Shown here one piece after another: positions 8,139-18,464 of a stretch of 20,000 bases of DNA. Made by a program: the position numbers and the translations under genes. The stretch is from assembly GCA_008369845.1 (NCBI GenBank), contig MRSU01004894.1:51866-71865 (forward strand), in the 5' to 3' direction. Position 1 is the stretch's first letter. Every line of letters begins with the position of its first letter. The notes beneath the pieces are model-generated. The model did no database searches. It worked only from the letters and a program-made list of their open reading frames with translations, and had not been told where the DNA came from. This stretch comes from Trichomonas gallinae (Eukaryota).

Positions 8139-9788
8139 ATGTCTTTAGAAGATCTTGATGTTCCAGCGCTTGAACAATTGCTAGAAAGGCGAAATCACGA
8201 ACTCAAGACAATAAGAGCTGTCGTTAAACAAAAAACAGAAGAAACTAAAAAATATTACGCTTTATGTGGCGAAAATCCAACATTTCCAGTCTTAAAAGAT
8301 GTTCTTACAACTAAATTAACAAAGTTAGAAACAGAATTGACCGAAGCAAAGAAGCGTGTTAAAAATTTGCGAATTCAAAGACAACAACTTAAAGAAACGA
8401 AGACAAAAGCAGGGGAAATCAATGAATCAATACAAGAGTCAACAGAAATGATATCGGAAATTAAACAAAAAATCGCAGCGAAAAATAAAGATATCGATGA
8501 ACTACAAAAGAAAATAGATGAGAAGTCAGAAATATGCAGAAACAAACAAGCAGAAGCAGATAAATTGAAGGCAAAAGTTGATGCAGCACAAAAAAGCTAT
8601 GATAGGAGTCTTCAAGAATATAATAATTTAGTTGAACGCGAGAACAACCTCAAAACTCAACACTCCAACATTCTCCAGGCCATAGATGAGTCGAAGAAGG
8701 AAATTGCATCAATTAAAGCCTCGATTTCTCCACAAGCAGTAAACGAACTCCAGAAAGAAGTCGAAAGTCTACAGATTCAGCTTTCTCAAACTAATGTTGA
8801 GACAGCAGAAGTCGTTAAAATCACATCAGTTGATGAATTAGATCAATCATATAAAACAGAAATAGAAAAAGTTTCAACAACAATACAAAATCTCAAAAGC
8901 TCGATACAAAATATCAGAAGAGACATTTCTCAGAATGAAAAATCACATGCAATCGAAATTGCTTCGCTTAAATCTCAACTTGATTCACAAAAACGTACAA
9001 ATGACACAATTAGATCGAATATTGAGGAAATGGAGCTATCACTACCACAGACTTTAGGCCCAATTAACAGAGAAATTGAACAGTGGCGAAATAAAGTTGA
9101 TCAAGCAGCGAAAAATTCACATGAAACACAACAAAAACTTACTGAAGAAAGAGAGAAGAGTGAAGAGAGTCTAAAGGCGTCACAAAAGACACTTATAACA
9201 CTTCAAGATGAAATTGTTAGATCAAGAGCATTTACAGAACAACAGCGACAGAGTATGGCAGCAGTTTCCAAAGAAGTAGACAAACTCAGAGAAAACCTAG
9301 AAAAGTCCCAAAAAGAAGTAGAAGCGCTAAAAACAGAACAATTGAAGTTTGAAAATGATATTAACCAAAACGAAGAGAAAATCAAAGCTGTTAATGAAGA
9401 AATATCGAAATTATCTGCAGAACTGACTGAGAAAGAGAAAACATCTGAAGAAGAACTTCGAGAATTGCGAGAGAAAGTTGTAGAAGCAGAAAAAGAAGCA
9501 GCGAAACTGCCTGAATCAGATGTAAATGTTGGAGTGATGAACGAGAAGGAGCTTAAAGAGAGCTGCAGGTCACTGGAAAGAGATTTACAGGCCAGAGAGT
9601 CAAATCTCAGAGAGTTAAGAGAGAAAGCTGCCGAATGCAGAAGAACGAGAGACAAATTCGAGGCTGCTTTGAGTCTTATAAGTGAACTTGAGGACGAAGA
9701 AAAGGCAATGGTCCAAGAATTGAAGATGATAAGGAAACAGTTCAGTGAAACATTGACATCCTTAAGAAACCAAAAGAATTCAAAATAG
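8139..9788 (+). CDS. Long coiled-coil protein, function unknown
   Basis: 549-aa E/K/Q/L-rich ORF with heptad character throughout and no Walker motif. Inr-like TCATT at 8110-8114. Confidence 0.88.
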   Translation: MSLEDLDVPALEQLLERRNHELKTIRAVVKQKTEETKKYYALCGENPTFPVLKDVLTTKLTKLETELTEAKKRVKNLRIQRQQLKETKTKAGEINESIQESTEMISEIKQKIAAKNKDIDELQKKIDEKSEICRNKQAEADKLKAKVDAAQKSYDRSLQEYNNLVERENNLKTQHSNILQAIDESKKEIASIKASISPQAVNELQKEVESLQIQLSQTNVETAEVVKITSVDELDQSYKTEIEKVSTTIQNLKSSIQNIRRDISQNEKSHAIEIASLKSQLDSQKRTNDTIRSNIEEMELSLPQTLGPINREIEQWRNKVDQAAKNSHETQQKLTEEREKSEESLKASQKTLITLQDEIVRSRAFTEQQRQSMAAVSKEVDKLRENLEKSQKEVEALKTEQLKFENDINQNEEKIKAVNEEISKLSAELTEKEKTSEEELRELREKVVEAEKEAAKLPESDVNVGVMNEKELKESCRSLERDLQARESNLRELREKAAECRRTRDKFEAALSLISELEDEEKAMVQELKMIRKQFSETLTSLRNQKNSK

Positions 9789-10208
9789 TTTTGATTCCAT
9801 GATACTGCCACATACCATCTGAATCATATATAAGCTTATATTTCTAATAATTTTGGACAGATTATATTATTCAGAAGGTCTTAGTGCAATTGTTTGCTAT
9901 TTGATATCGTTATATTGTTATTTCGTAAGGAACTTTTGTATTTATATATAAATATGTTTAGTGTAGAAAATATTTTTTCATTAACAAGTTTTTAAATGAT
10001 AATCAAAATTTAATCATATTTATTCAACTTACTGAAACATTATACTGATGAATATCAATAACAAATAAGAAAAATTCAACATATTTTCAATTTTGAAATT
10101 TAATTTAAAGTTATAATCTGAAATGAATGCAACTAGTCATATTATGTATAGTGAGGATTAATATCAAAGAGAGGATAGTAATTAGTAATATTTAATTTTA
10201 TTCTAACA

Positions 10209-10556
10209 TTATTTTTCTTTCTCTGATTGAACTGGTGTTGTATCATTCTCTTCAATCTCTAAAAGCTCATCAGAATCATCTTCATTCTTCTCATCTTCGT
10301 CTTCAAAAGGATGTTTAATGCGATAAACCAGAGAAATTGAGCTGAGTACGCAAATAATGAAATAAATGATAACATTGATCCATAATGTTCTTGCATTTTC
10401 TGCATCTGTGTTTTCAAGCTCACCAATATTTCCCTGTTTGTGAATTCCGAATAAAATAGCCAAAATACCAAGCATTAAGATGGCCCAGATGGAGATAACG
10501 ATGTAGCAGACAGAGCAGCCAACACTTGTGTAACACTTAACACAGCAATTCGTCAT
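10209..10556 (-). CDS. Small two-TM protein, RNASEK / V-ATPase Vo subunit f-like
   Basis: Cys-rich N-terminus, TM1 CSVCYIVISIWAILMLGILAILF (compare RNASEK C.IVLSAWGVIMLIMLGIFF), short loop, TM2 ARTLWINVIIYFIICVLS, acidic tail. Confidence 0.7.
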   Translation of the reverse strand: MTNCCVKCYTSVGCSVCYIVISIWAILMLGILAILFGIHKQGNIGELENTDAENARTLWINVIIYFIICVLSSISLVYRIKHPFEDEDEKNEDDSDELLEIEENDTTPVQSEKEK

Positions 10557-11084
10557 TTTTGTTTATTTTATAAATCAACCAAAAAACAACTCAATTTTTG
10601 ATACCCTAAATTTTATTTACATGGCAGATTCTATACACAAATTATTCGATTTTCATATTATATATCATATTTAAATCAAATTTCACATTTAATTTTTGAT
10701 TTGACACTTGATGAAAAGTAAACTTTACAAGCAAAAAATAATTTTAATTGATATTATGAAATTAAATCAAAACTAAACTTTGTTTTTGATGAAATAAATT
10801 TTGAAAAATCTGACAAAATGTCAATTTATTATCATCAAAGGTTCATTCATCTAAGCATAATTATAGCTTTATTTCTTGGTATATAGAATAAATGCAAAAG
10901 GATTTTGTTCAACTCCTACTGTTTCAATTATTCAATATTTTGAAATTCTTTTTTTGAGATTTTTGGAATGAATATTTTATGCATGTTATATTTTAGCAAT
11001 ATATTGGCAATAAACGAATTAGCCAATTTAATATGTCGTAAAAACTGAAACAAATTATTAATAAAACACACATACATATAAACT

Positions 11085-12293
11085 TTATAAAACAATTGCT
11101 GGCTTCCTCTTAACGGGAGAGCCCATGCTGGATATAGTCCTACCAGCAGTATTGAGCCTGGACTGAGTTTTCGATGAAGATTGTGATGGCGGAAGATTTC
11201 TCTTAGCTTTTAGCGACATCGTCGGCCCAGACTTAGTAGGAGCAACTTGCACAGAGTCAGGATTAAACGATCTGTCGATTCTCATCAAGAAATCCTGTTG
11301 CACGCCATATATAGAGCCTTGTCTCACGCATCTCACCCATCCTATTGCTTCTTTTGGATGGAAACCGAACCTGCGGATGAGCCAGGCTGCTGCGAACATC
11401 GGACCACGGCCTAGGCCATTCAGTGAGCATATAGCAACCGCGTGTCCTTCATCACATAAGTCGCAGAATTTGATAACTTCCGCAATAGATGGGAGAGAAT
11501 CCTGCGGAGTATCGAGTGTTAGATGCTCTATGCCAACACGAGTCAGATCCTCGGCACCACGAAGCTCTGTGGTGAAGGAAACAACAGTATAAATATGCCA
11601 CTTCCTGAATAATGGAAGCATATCAAAAAGAAGTGGAGAATCTGCTGTTCCTGGTGCAGAGAGAACCAGTAAACGCTCAGGAACGATCCATGTCATGAAT
11701 CCATTTTCTGGTTGCATATAAAAGTTGTAAATATCGGAATCAAACGCCGTATGAGTATACCAACCTAGTTTTGCACCCTTTATGAAGCCATTTAAAGCAT
11801 CAGATAAAGAGATTGTAAACGGAGAAGCTGTTGCATCCTCAAAGTCTTCAATTGGAGGATAAACGTCCTTGAATATTGATATAGGGTCGTTGTAGTCTGG
11901 CATTTTGCGTGGCTTTGGCTTCCCCCACTTTGCAACGTATTGTTGATTATTTTGTTGCCCTAAAAAGCTGTTTATGAAGTCTCTTTCTAAAAGGATCATA
12001 GCGCATATCAAAAACATGCAGTTTACGCGAGATTCTGCAGCTAATGATACGCAAATATGAATTTGTTTGTTAATTTTCGTTAATTTGTCTTTAATGACTT
12101 TAATAAACTCTGTTATTTGGTGTAGTGAAGGTGGACCGTTTTCTCTCGACATTGGTTCGAAAACTAAAACTGGAATTTCGTCGTAGTTGAAATAATGATC
12201 GCAAATCGTGTCCTTTGGCTTATCCTGCAGACAATGCATAATCAGCTTGCCCGGAATAATCGTGATTCCAAGCTCAGATCTGATTAAGGTCAT
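11085..12293 (-). CDS. Cdc14-family dual-specificity phosphatase-like protein, probably catalytically inactive
   Basis: N-terminal DSPn-like FEPMSRENGPPSL, then ENGFMTWIVPERLLVLSAP and AIGWVRCVRQGSIYGVQQDFL (Cdc14 AIAW.R..RPGSVIGPQQ.FL). The P-loop reads AICSLNGLGRGP instead of VHCKAGLGRTG. Confidence 0.87.
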   Translation of the reverse strand: MTLIRSELGITIIPGKLIMHCLQDKPKDTICDHYFNYDEIPVLVFEPMSRENGPPSLHQITEFIKVIKDKLTKINKQIHICVSLAAESRVNCMFLICAMILLERDFINSFLGQQNNQQYVAKWGKPKPRKMPDYNDPISIFKDVYPPIEDFEDATASPFTISLSDALNGFIKGAKLGWYTHTAFDSDIYNFYMQPENGFMTWIVPERLLVLSAPGTADSPLLFDMLPLFRKWHIYTVVSFTTELRGAEDLTRVGIEHLTLDTPQDSLPSIAEVIKFCDLCDEGHAVAICSLNGLGRGPMFAAAWLIRRFGFHPKEAIGWVRCVRQGSIYGVQQDFLMRIDRSFNPDSVQVAPTKSGPTMSLKAKRNLPPSQSSSKTQSRLNTAGRTISSMGSPVKRKPAIVL

Positions 12294-12462
12294 TTGAATA
12301 CGTTATTTGCTGTCACGTTTTTATAATTTTTTCTTCAAAATCATTCATTCATATCTATACAATAATAGCTTTATACAATGATTTTTTTGAGGCAAATGGG
12401 CTGTTTTATATGGTTAATTTTGAGTATTATTGATGAAAAATATTTCGAAATTTTTATTGTAT

Positions 12463-12760
12463 GAAGTTGTTCGTATGGTATTTTGGTTATAGCATATATA
12501 GCTGATGCAATTATATATGAGTAACATTTTAAAGGATTTTATCATCAATGAAATTGTTCTAATCAAATTATGCGTATGGTGTTTTGTTAATGGTATATAT
12601 AGTTGTAATAGTTTCATATGGATAACATTCGAAAGGTTGTTATTATCTTTGGATTATTGAGATATCAACAAATTTTTTTGATCAAGTTGTTCATATGATA
12701 TTTTGTTGATGATATATATATAGATGAAGTGATTTCTTATGAGTAACATTCCAAGGGATC
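12463..12760. repeat. Three degenerate ~100-120 bp tandem units
   Basis: C[GA]TATG[GA]T[AG]TTTTG at 12472, 12573 and 12692, each followed by ATATATAG and TATG...TAACATT..AAGG. Units 1 and 3 (220 bp apart) are the most similar. Confidence 0.75.
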
Positions 12761-12974
12761 TTAATAATTTTTTATTAATGAGATAAAATATAACTCAATT
12801 TCTATATGAAAACTAGCTTTGACATGCTATATTTGCCAATTGAAGTAAAAATATTGTTTAATTTTAGATGAAAATCATTTTTGAAAATATAAATTTTGAA
12901 TTTTAATATAAAACTTCTCTTTTTATTCTAATATCAACAAATTGGATGGACAAAGATTGAATTGTACAATACAA

Positions 12975-14090
12975 TTACGCTATTTTTCCGATTCTTGTCT
13001 TTCCGCGGATACTTGACATAGCACCGAATGTGAATGCGTCAATGATAGCGGCGAACGAGAAAGCACCACCAATAATGCCGCAAATGTCAACAATGATTCC
13101 ACGAAGACTTTGGTAATTTGGATAAGAAACAACAACCATTGGAGCGAAATCGTAGTAAAATACGATTCCTGGGAATCCCTTCTTAGACTTAAGAGAAACA
13201 GTTCTCTGGCTCGGGAAAGCTGTGTATCTGTATGAATCGATTTTAGAAGATGAAGAAAGACGTTCTGGAACTGCGTGCAAGAAGTAGTTTGCCATCCAGT
13301 AATTCGATCCATTTAGATCTGGTAAATCCATTTCTACGTTGGTTAATGGCGGTGTATAATAATCTACTGGATCTCCAACGGTAAGTGAGTGAATTATGTG
13401 GCTAGTTCTATGGATAGGTTTGATGCCGCTCAAATCGTGTGTGTGTGAGCGAGAAGCTCCTGGGAGATTCTTACCAATTGCAATATGGAAGTTTCCTGAC
13501 TGTTTCTTGACTTTTATTTTACCCTTAATTCTGCACGTTTCAGCTCCGAAGTCCAAAACTCCTTCCCTTTCGCACTGATCCCATGAATCGCTCGAATAAT
13601 AATCAAGACCATGGGATTTGTAAACATCCATGATTTCTTTGCATGTGTTGCAGCATTCTTTATCTGTCTTTAATATGCATTTTCCGCAATAACCAGCTGG
13701 AATTTCTGGGGCTTTTTTATTTGCTTTAACTTTCTTTTCTAAAGCTTGATTAATATCCATTCCATCTTCTGCGTATCTGTAGCGTGTAATATTATCGATT
13801 ATATCCGTCTGAACCCTTCCGTCGTGTTCAAAAAGATCAATGTGGATCATTGTGCATTTTGTCTTAACAGTAATATCGAAATTGATGAATACTTTGCGTT
13901 GTCCTTCTACATGTTCCTTATCTAGCAGAACTGTCGATTGCATTTCCGGATAAATTATCGAATGGAACTTTCCGACCAATAAGAAGACAACCCATGCTGT
14001 AGTAAGCAGCGAAATTATGCCGCCGCCTATTGTTTGTATGTTCACGCTTCTATCAGAGAACTTTGGAAAAACATCAAAAACACTCAACAT
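12975..14090 (-). CDS. ERV46: ER-Golgi intermediate compartment protein, Erv46/ERGIC3 family
   Basis: FDVFPKF...QTIGGGIIS plus TM1, INFDITV..KC, Cys cluster YCGKC...CCNTC...WDQCEREG, CRIKG...GNFHIA, PGIVFYYDFAPM, ICGIIGGAFSFAAIID TM2, C-terminal RIGKIA. Confidence 0.93.
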   Translation of the reverse strand: MLSVFDVFPKFSDRSVNIQTIGGGIISLLTTAWVVFLLVGKFHSIIYPEMQSTVLLDKEHVEGQRKVFINFDITVKTKCTMIHIDLFEHDGRVQTDIIDNITRYRYAEDGMDINQALEKKVKANKKAPEIPAGYCGKCILKTDKECCNTCKEIMDVYKSHGLDYYSSDSWDQCEREGVLDFGAETCRIKGKIKVKKQSGNFHIAIGKNLPGASRSHTHDLSGIKPIHRTSHIIHSLTVGDPVDYYTPPLTNVEMDLPDLNGSNYWMANYFLHAVPERLSSSSKIDSYRYTAFPSQRTVSLKSKKGFPGIVFYYDFAPMVVVSYPNYQSLRGIIVDICGIIGGAFSFAAIIDAFTFGAMSSIRGKTRIGKIA

Positions 14091-14175
14091 TTTTTAATTT
14101 TTATTCAACCAAATCCCACCAATTTTAGGCTGAAATGGACAAAAACTACCAAAAAAATTGAAAAAAATTGGTCAA

Positions 14176-15519
14176 ATGATTAATTTGGTTTTATTTATTT
14201 ATCAAAGTTTTTCTCTCGAAGAGTTTTTGGAGCCTTTTAACAGCGAAAAGTCACTTAATGGGTGGATACAGACGAAAGCTCGTGGTTATGATGGACAATT
14301 CTTTTATAATATAAATTCGAAATCTTTATCAATGGCAACTAAAAGCTCTAGATATGCTATTACGAAGAAGTTCCAGACATCTATCAATGTCGTTGATACA
14401 GATTTCATCATTCAATATGAAGTTATACCAAATGAAAAAATAGACTGCGCGGGAGGGTATTTGAAGTTGTACGGAGATAAAAATCTCAATGAAAGACAAG
14501 TGTCAAACAAAACAGACTATAAAATCATGTTTGGTCCGGATCGTTGCGAGAATTCGAATTTGATTCATTTTATTATCAAGCATAAAGGTACTGAAAAATC
14601 CCTTAAAATACCACCAGCATCGAATCTGGCAAACAAATCACACGTTTACACGCTTGTAATTAGAAAGAACAACGAATTTGAAATTTTAATTGACGGAGAA
14701 AAGATAAGAATCGGAAATTTACTGACGGATTTATACCCACCAGTCAATGAAAGAGAAATTGCTGATCCAACAGACAAAAAACCACTTGATTGGGTTGATG
14801 ATGAATATATTATCGATGAAAAAGCAGTAAAACCCGACGATTGGAATGAAGATGAGCCAGAATACATCCCAGATCCAGCAAAAACTAAGCCACCAAAAGG
14901 CTGGCTTCTTAATGAGCCAAAAACAATTCCAGATCCAAATCTAAAGAAACCAGAGGACTGGGACGAAGAAGTCTACGGAGAATGGGAGCCACCACATATA
15001 TCCAACCCAAAGTGCGAACGAGCTCCTGGATGCGGACCATATGAGCCGCCTTTGATATTGAATGAAAAATACCAAGGAAAATGGGAGCCACCGCGCTTTA
15101 GAAATCCAATGTATAGAGGACCATGGAGGCCAAGGTTGATTCCAAATCCAAATTTCGTTGAAGATTTGCATCCACATAATTTTGGCGAAATTTGGGCCAT
15201 AGGCTTCGAACTCTGGACAGTCACACCATCGCTGTCCTTCAGGAACATAGTTATTTCAAAAGATGTTGAAAAAGTTTTAAATTCAATCGAAAAACCAAAA
15301 GAAAAGGCAAAGAAGCAAACAATCGTTGAAGACAAAAAACTACCTTCTTTCAATAAGGATGATTTGATCAGATTTGGCTATGAACCATCATTTTTCGAAG
15401 AAATTTATCAATCATGGGTTGATTTCTATAAACAGGACAAAGGCATGGCCATTGGAATGTTCTCAACCATCGTATTCACTCCAATCCTTGCATATCTTTT
15501 CCATCGCAGATTTCATTAA
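14176..15519 (+). CDS. CNX: Calnexin (calreticulin/calnexin family lectin chaperone with C-terminal TM)
   Basis: Signal peptide MINLVLFIYQSFS (ATG at 14176; the track start is TTG). IQYEV, DCAGGYLKL, IMFGPDRC, P-domain repeats IADPTDKKPLDW / KPDDWNEDEP / KPEDWDEE and GEWEPP / GKWEPP / GPWRPR, IGFELW, and a TM near the C-terminus. Confidence 0.95.
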   Translation: MINLVLFIYQSFSLEEFLEPFNSEKSLNGWIQTKARGYDGQFFYNINSKSLSMATKSSRYAITKKFQTSINVVDTDFIIQYEVIPNEKIDCAGGYLKLYGDKNLNERQVSNKTDYKIMFGPDRCENSNLIHFIIKHKGTEKSLKIPPASNLANKSHVYTLVIRKNNEFEILIDGEKIRIGNLLTDLYPPVNEREIADPTDKKPLDWVDDEYIIDEKAVKPDDWNEDEPEYIPDPAKTKPPKGWLLNEPKTIPDPNLKKPEDWDEEVYGEWEPPHISNPKCERAPGCGPYEPPLILNEKYQGKWEPPRFRNPMYRGPWRPRLIPNPNFVEDLHPHNFGEIWAIGFELWTVTPSLSFRNIVISKDVEKVLNSIEKPKEKAKKQTIVEDKKLPSFNKDDLIRFGYEPSFFEEIYQSWVDFYKQDKGMAIGMFSTIVFTPILAYLFHRRFH

Positions 15520-16646
15520 TATTAGTTTGTTATATTAAATAAATATTACATTGATGTTAACATCTTACAACAAAAGAAAATCAAATATACCGAAGATTAA
15601 ATTTTTAGTAATTACAGTTTCAACAGCGCAATTATGATTGAAAACAATCAACAAAGTGAATGATGATGAAGTTGTCATCAGATATCAAACGAGAGTAAAT
15701 TTTCAAAATTTTTAGGATACCTATGTAATTTCACAAGAACTACTCAATAATTCTCATTAAGCTTCAACACTTGGCTGATATTCAATAAATTTGAACTAAA
15801 TTTGTCGGAAATGATTTTGATTGTTATTGTATCGTCGGAACTTTGGCACAAACAAAGCTAGGAGGAATAATGTTTGGATTTTGTGTGAAATATGAGTTCT
15901 GACCGGTTTAAAATAATGTGATTACAAAATGGGGTTTACAGGTCATACGGCTTTGAAAACAGCTGTACAATATCTACTACGAGCGTTTTCTTATGTAATC
16001 AAAGCAAATTAAAAATCATTTTTTAATGAGGAAATAAATAAGAAACATCAGCTCTGTTCTTCATCAAAATCAATATATATAAGTGATGAATATTATGATA
16101 CTTGCAAAAATAAGCGAATGTGAACTTTATGGAAAACGAAATCTGCGAATATCCATAGTTAATGTGTTTTACTTCATAAAACAGACATGAAAAGGCGAGT
16201 GCATGTGGAATATAACCTGTCATAGTTATATTCCTAAATTAATTCAAAATATAAAATTCTAATTAAAAATTGACAATTGTCACTTTTCACCTGCAAGTCA
16301 AATTGAAAAAATTTTACACCAGTAGATTCCTTAGAGTGTATAGTTATAAATTTTAAAAAAATGTCGAGGTTAATTTTTATAACTCAAAATCAACTCATAT
16401 CCCAGGGAAAAACAATGTTTTTATCACTATTCGAATCAAATGGCAAAGAAATTTTTGATCTAAAAGCCTTGTAGAAAATTTATTACAATTTCGAATTATT
16501 AAATAAATTGATTAGTGAAATTTCAAACATGTATTTCTATATAAACCCGTTTACTTAATGCATTGGTATACAAAATATTATGTGATTAGGTAGAACAAAC
16601 TAATAAAAATAAAAAACCGAATGTACAAAAGAGAACATTATCAACA

Positions 16647-17102
16647 TTAGTGCGAGAGGAGGTATTCAATAGAGAATAGGCGCCTCACATCATCCATGGT
16701 TGGATTTTCTGGAATTTCAGGAGATGAACTTTTTTCTTCCACATCAGGTGAACTCTGCGAAGATAGTTGCTGGATTTCATCAGCATGCGTCTTTTTGATG
16801 TATCTGTACCATCTGTTCTTCACATTATTAGAATTTCTTCCGTTGAAGTATGAAGTAATAATCTTCCACTTTGGACCAAATTCCTTATAGAGATCAAGCA
16901 AATGCTTGTCCTCTTCCTCTGTCCACGGATCATTTCTGTTTTCACACTGGAGATAAATTGTGTATCGTTCCTTGCATTGTCTGACAGTGAAGCCATTCAT
17001 TCTGTTCGATATCTTTGCCCATCCATTAGGGTCTTTGGCGTATCTCTTGACAAGTTTAAGAAGCCTTGTATCATCAGATGGCTTGAACTTCCTTCTGTTC
17101 AT
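16647..17102 (-). CDS. R2R3 Myb-like transcription factor
   Basis: RRKFKPSDDTRLLKLVKRY...WAKISNRM...TVRQCKERY and PWTEEEDKHLLDLYKEFGPKWKII...GRNSNNVKNRW: two Myb repeats, typical of the expanded trichomonad family. Confidence 0.95.
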   Translation of the reverse strand: MNRRKFKPSDDTRLLKLVKRYAKDPNGWAKISNRMNGFTVRQCKERYTIYLQCENRNDPWTEEEDKHLLDLYKEFGPKWKIITSYFNGRNSNNVKNRWYRYIKKTHADEIQQLSSQSSPDVEEKSSSPEIPENPTMDDVRRLFSIEYLLSH

Positions 17103-18179
17103 TTTTTTAAATTAATTTTTTTTGTTTACGAATTCATGAATTCGTGATAGATATACTCAACAATATCAGACGAACATTTTTATTCGAAATTTAACAAATT
17201 CAAAATAATCAAAATACGCATAATTTTGATCTGCTATTGATAATAAACATATTTCATGAATAAAATCTAAACTTGAATTTTGGTCATTATTTGTTTATGA
17301 ATCATAAAGAGAGATAATAATATGTAGTATTACCGCAAGGCTAAGACGATAGTAAGTTTTGAATGTATTCAAAATAGTAAAACAAAAATAACGTGTTTGA
17401 TATATTGTTTTGGGCCAAGGAATGTTTCCCCAGCAAAATTGGTCACTTGTCAGGCAGATAAAAATCATAACTTGATAAGATAAGCATTATCACACTAATC
17501 CGAATCTATATCGCAATTCATAAAGAATTAATGCTATTTGAACGTATGAAAAAAGTGCTATGTTTATATAGACTTGATCGTTAAAAATTCGTGTACAGTA
17601 TATGTAATTTATCCAAGGATTTAACGAAAAATTGCATATCATGAACGTTAGATATAAATATTTTGAAGCGGACATATCAAAAAGTTATTATACTAAAATC
17701 ACAGAAAACATTTTAAGAAAGGATGAGTTATACATCAATCCATTATCAATTTAAACGCAAAATTAATCAATTTGACGTATAGGTTATTTTTACATTTTGC
17801 AACAAAAAATATTTAGTGTTAAACTAATCATTATCTTTCCGATGATATTTAAAATTCAACAAAATTTTTTGGTATCGTTTGAATGCGAACTCAAAACATT
17901 TACATGTCTCATTTTTTGCTTAAATTCATGGTTATGATATAATATGCTTACTTGGCTGTCATAAAATTGAGCACTTTTATGCAATGCGATCTTCACAAAT
18001 CTTTATGTAAATTTAACAAAACTACCATTGCAATTTTTTATGTAAATAGCATAGTATAATATTATAACTAATTTTAACCATATAATTTTTTTGAAAGTCC
18101 ATAAATGACAAAATTTTTCTCTTGGTGAAATACCTTTCTCTTCTTATCACAGTTGCTATTATCGCTTAATTCAAGCGAT

Positions 18180-18464
18180 TTCCATTTTCCCTTCGCGAAA
18201 TTATTGAATCTGTTGCTTATTGAAATGAATTCTCCTTTAATAAGCTATTATTAACCAATTTCATTATAATATATACATCTATAACGACTTATTACCCAAA
18301 ATATCAAATGAAAAACATGTAATTTTAATTATTGACACCAAATTGATGCAATTATAAACGATTTCCGCAAATTTATAACCATTTGCTGCATTTCGTTCTA
18401 TTTTATATATGTATGATGAATTTATATAGCATTCATCGCGAATTCTTTGTTTTTGATTCTTCAA
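18180..18464 (-). pseudogene. Possible decayed BspA-like leucine-rich-repeat gene fragment
   Basis: Short frame containing IYKIERNA, YNCINLVSI and ILGNKSL, reminiscent of TpLRR units (IgxxAFxxCxxLxsI). It has no ATG start and is interrupted by stops. Confidence 0.25.

Noticed and set aside
8139..9788. SMC, myosin or viral inclusion protein call for the coiled-coil ORF
   Set aside because: No ATPase, hinge or motor motifs; any such similarity would be compositional.
9203..9811. 202-aa Ser/Phe-rich minus-strand ORF
   Set aside because: Antisense mirror of the GAA/AAA-rich coiled-coil gene.
14646..15353. Minus-strand ORFs and internal repeats within calnexin
   Set aside because: Antisense shadows; the repeats are the normal P-domain motifs.
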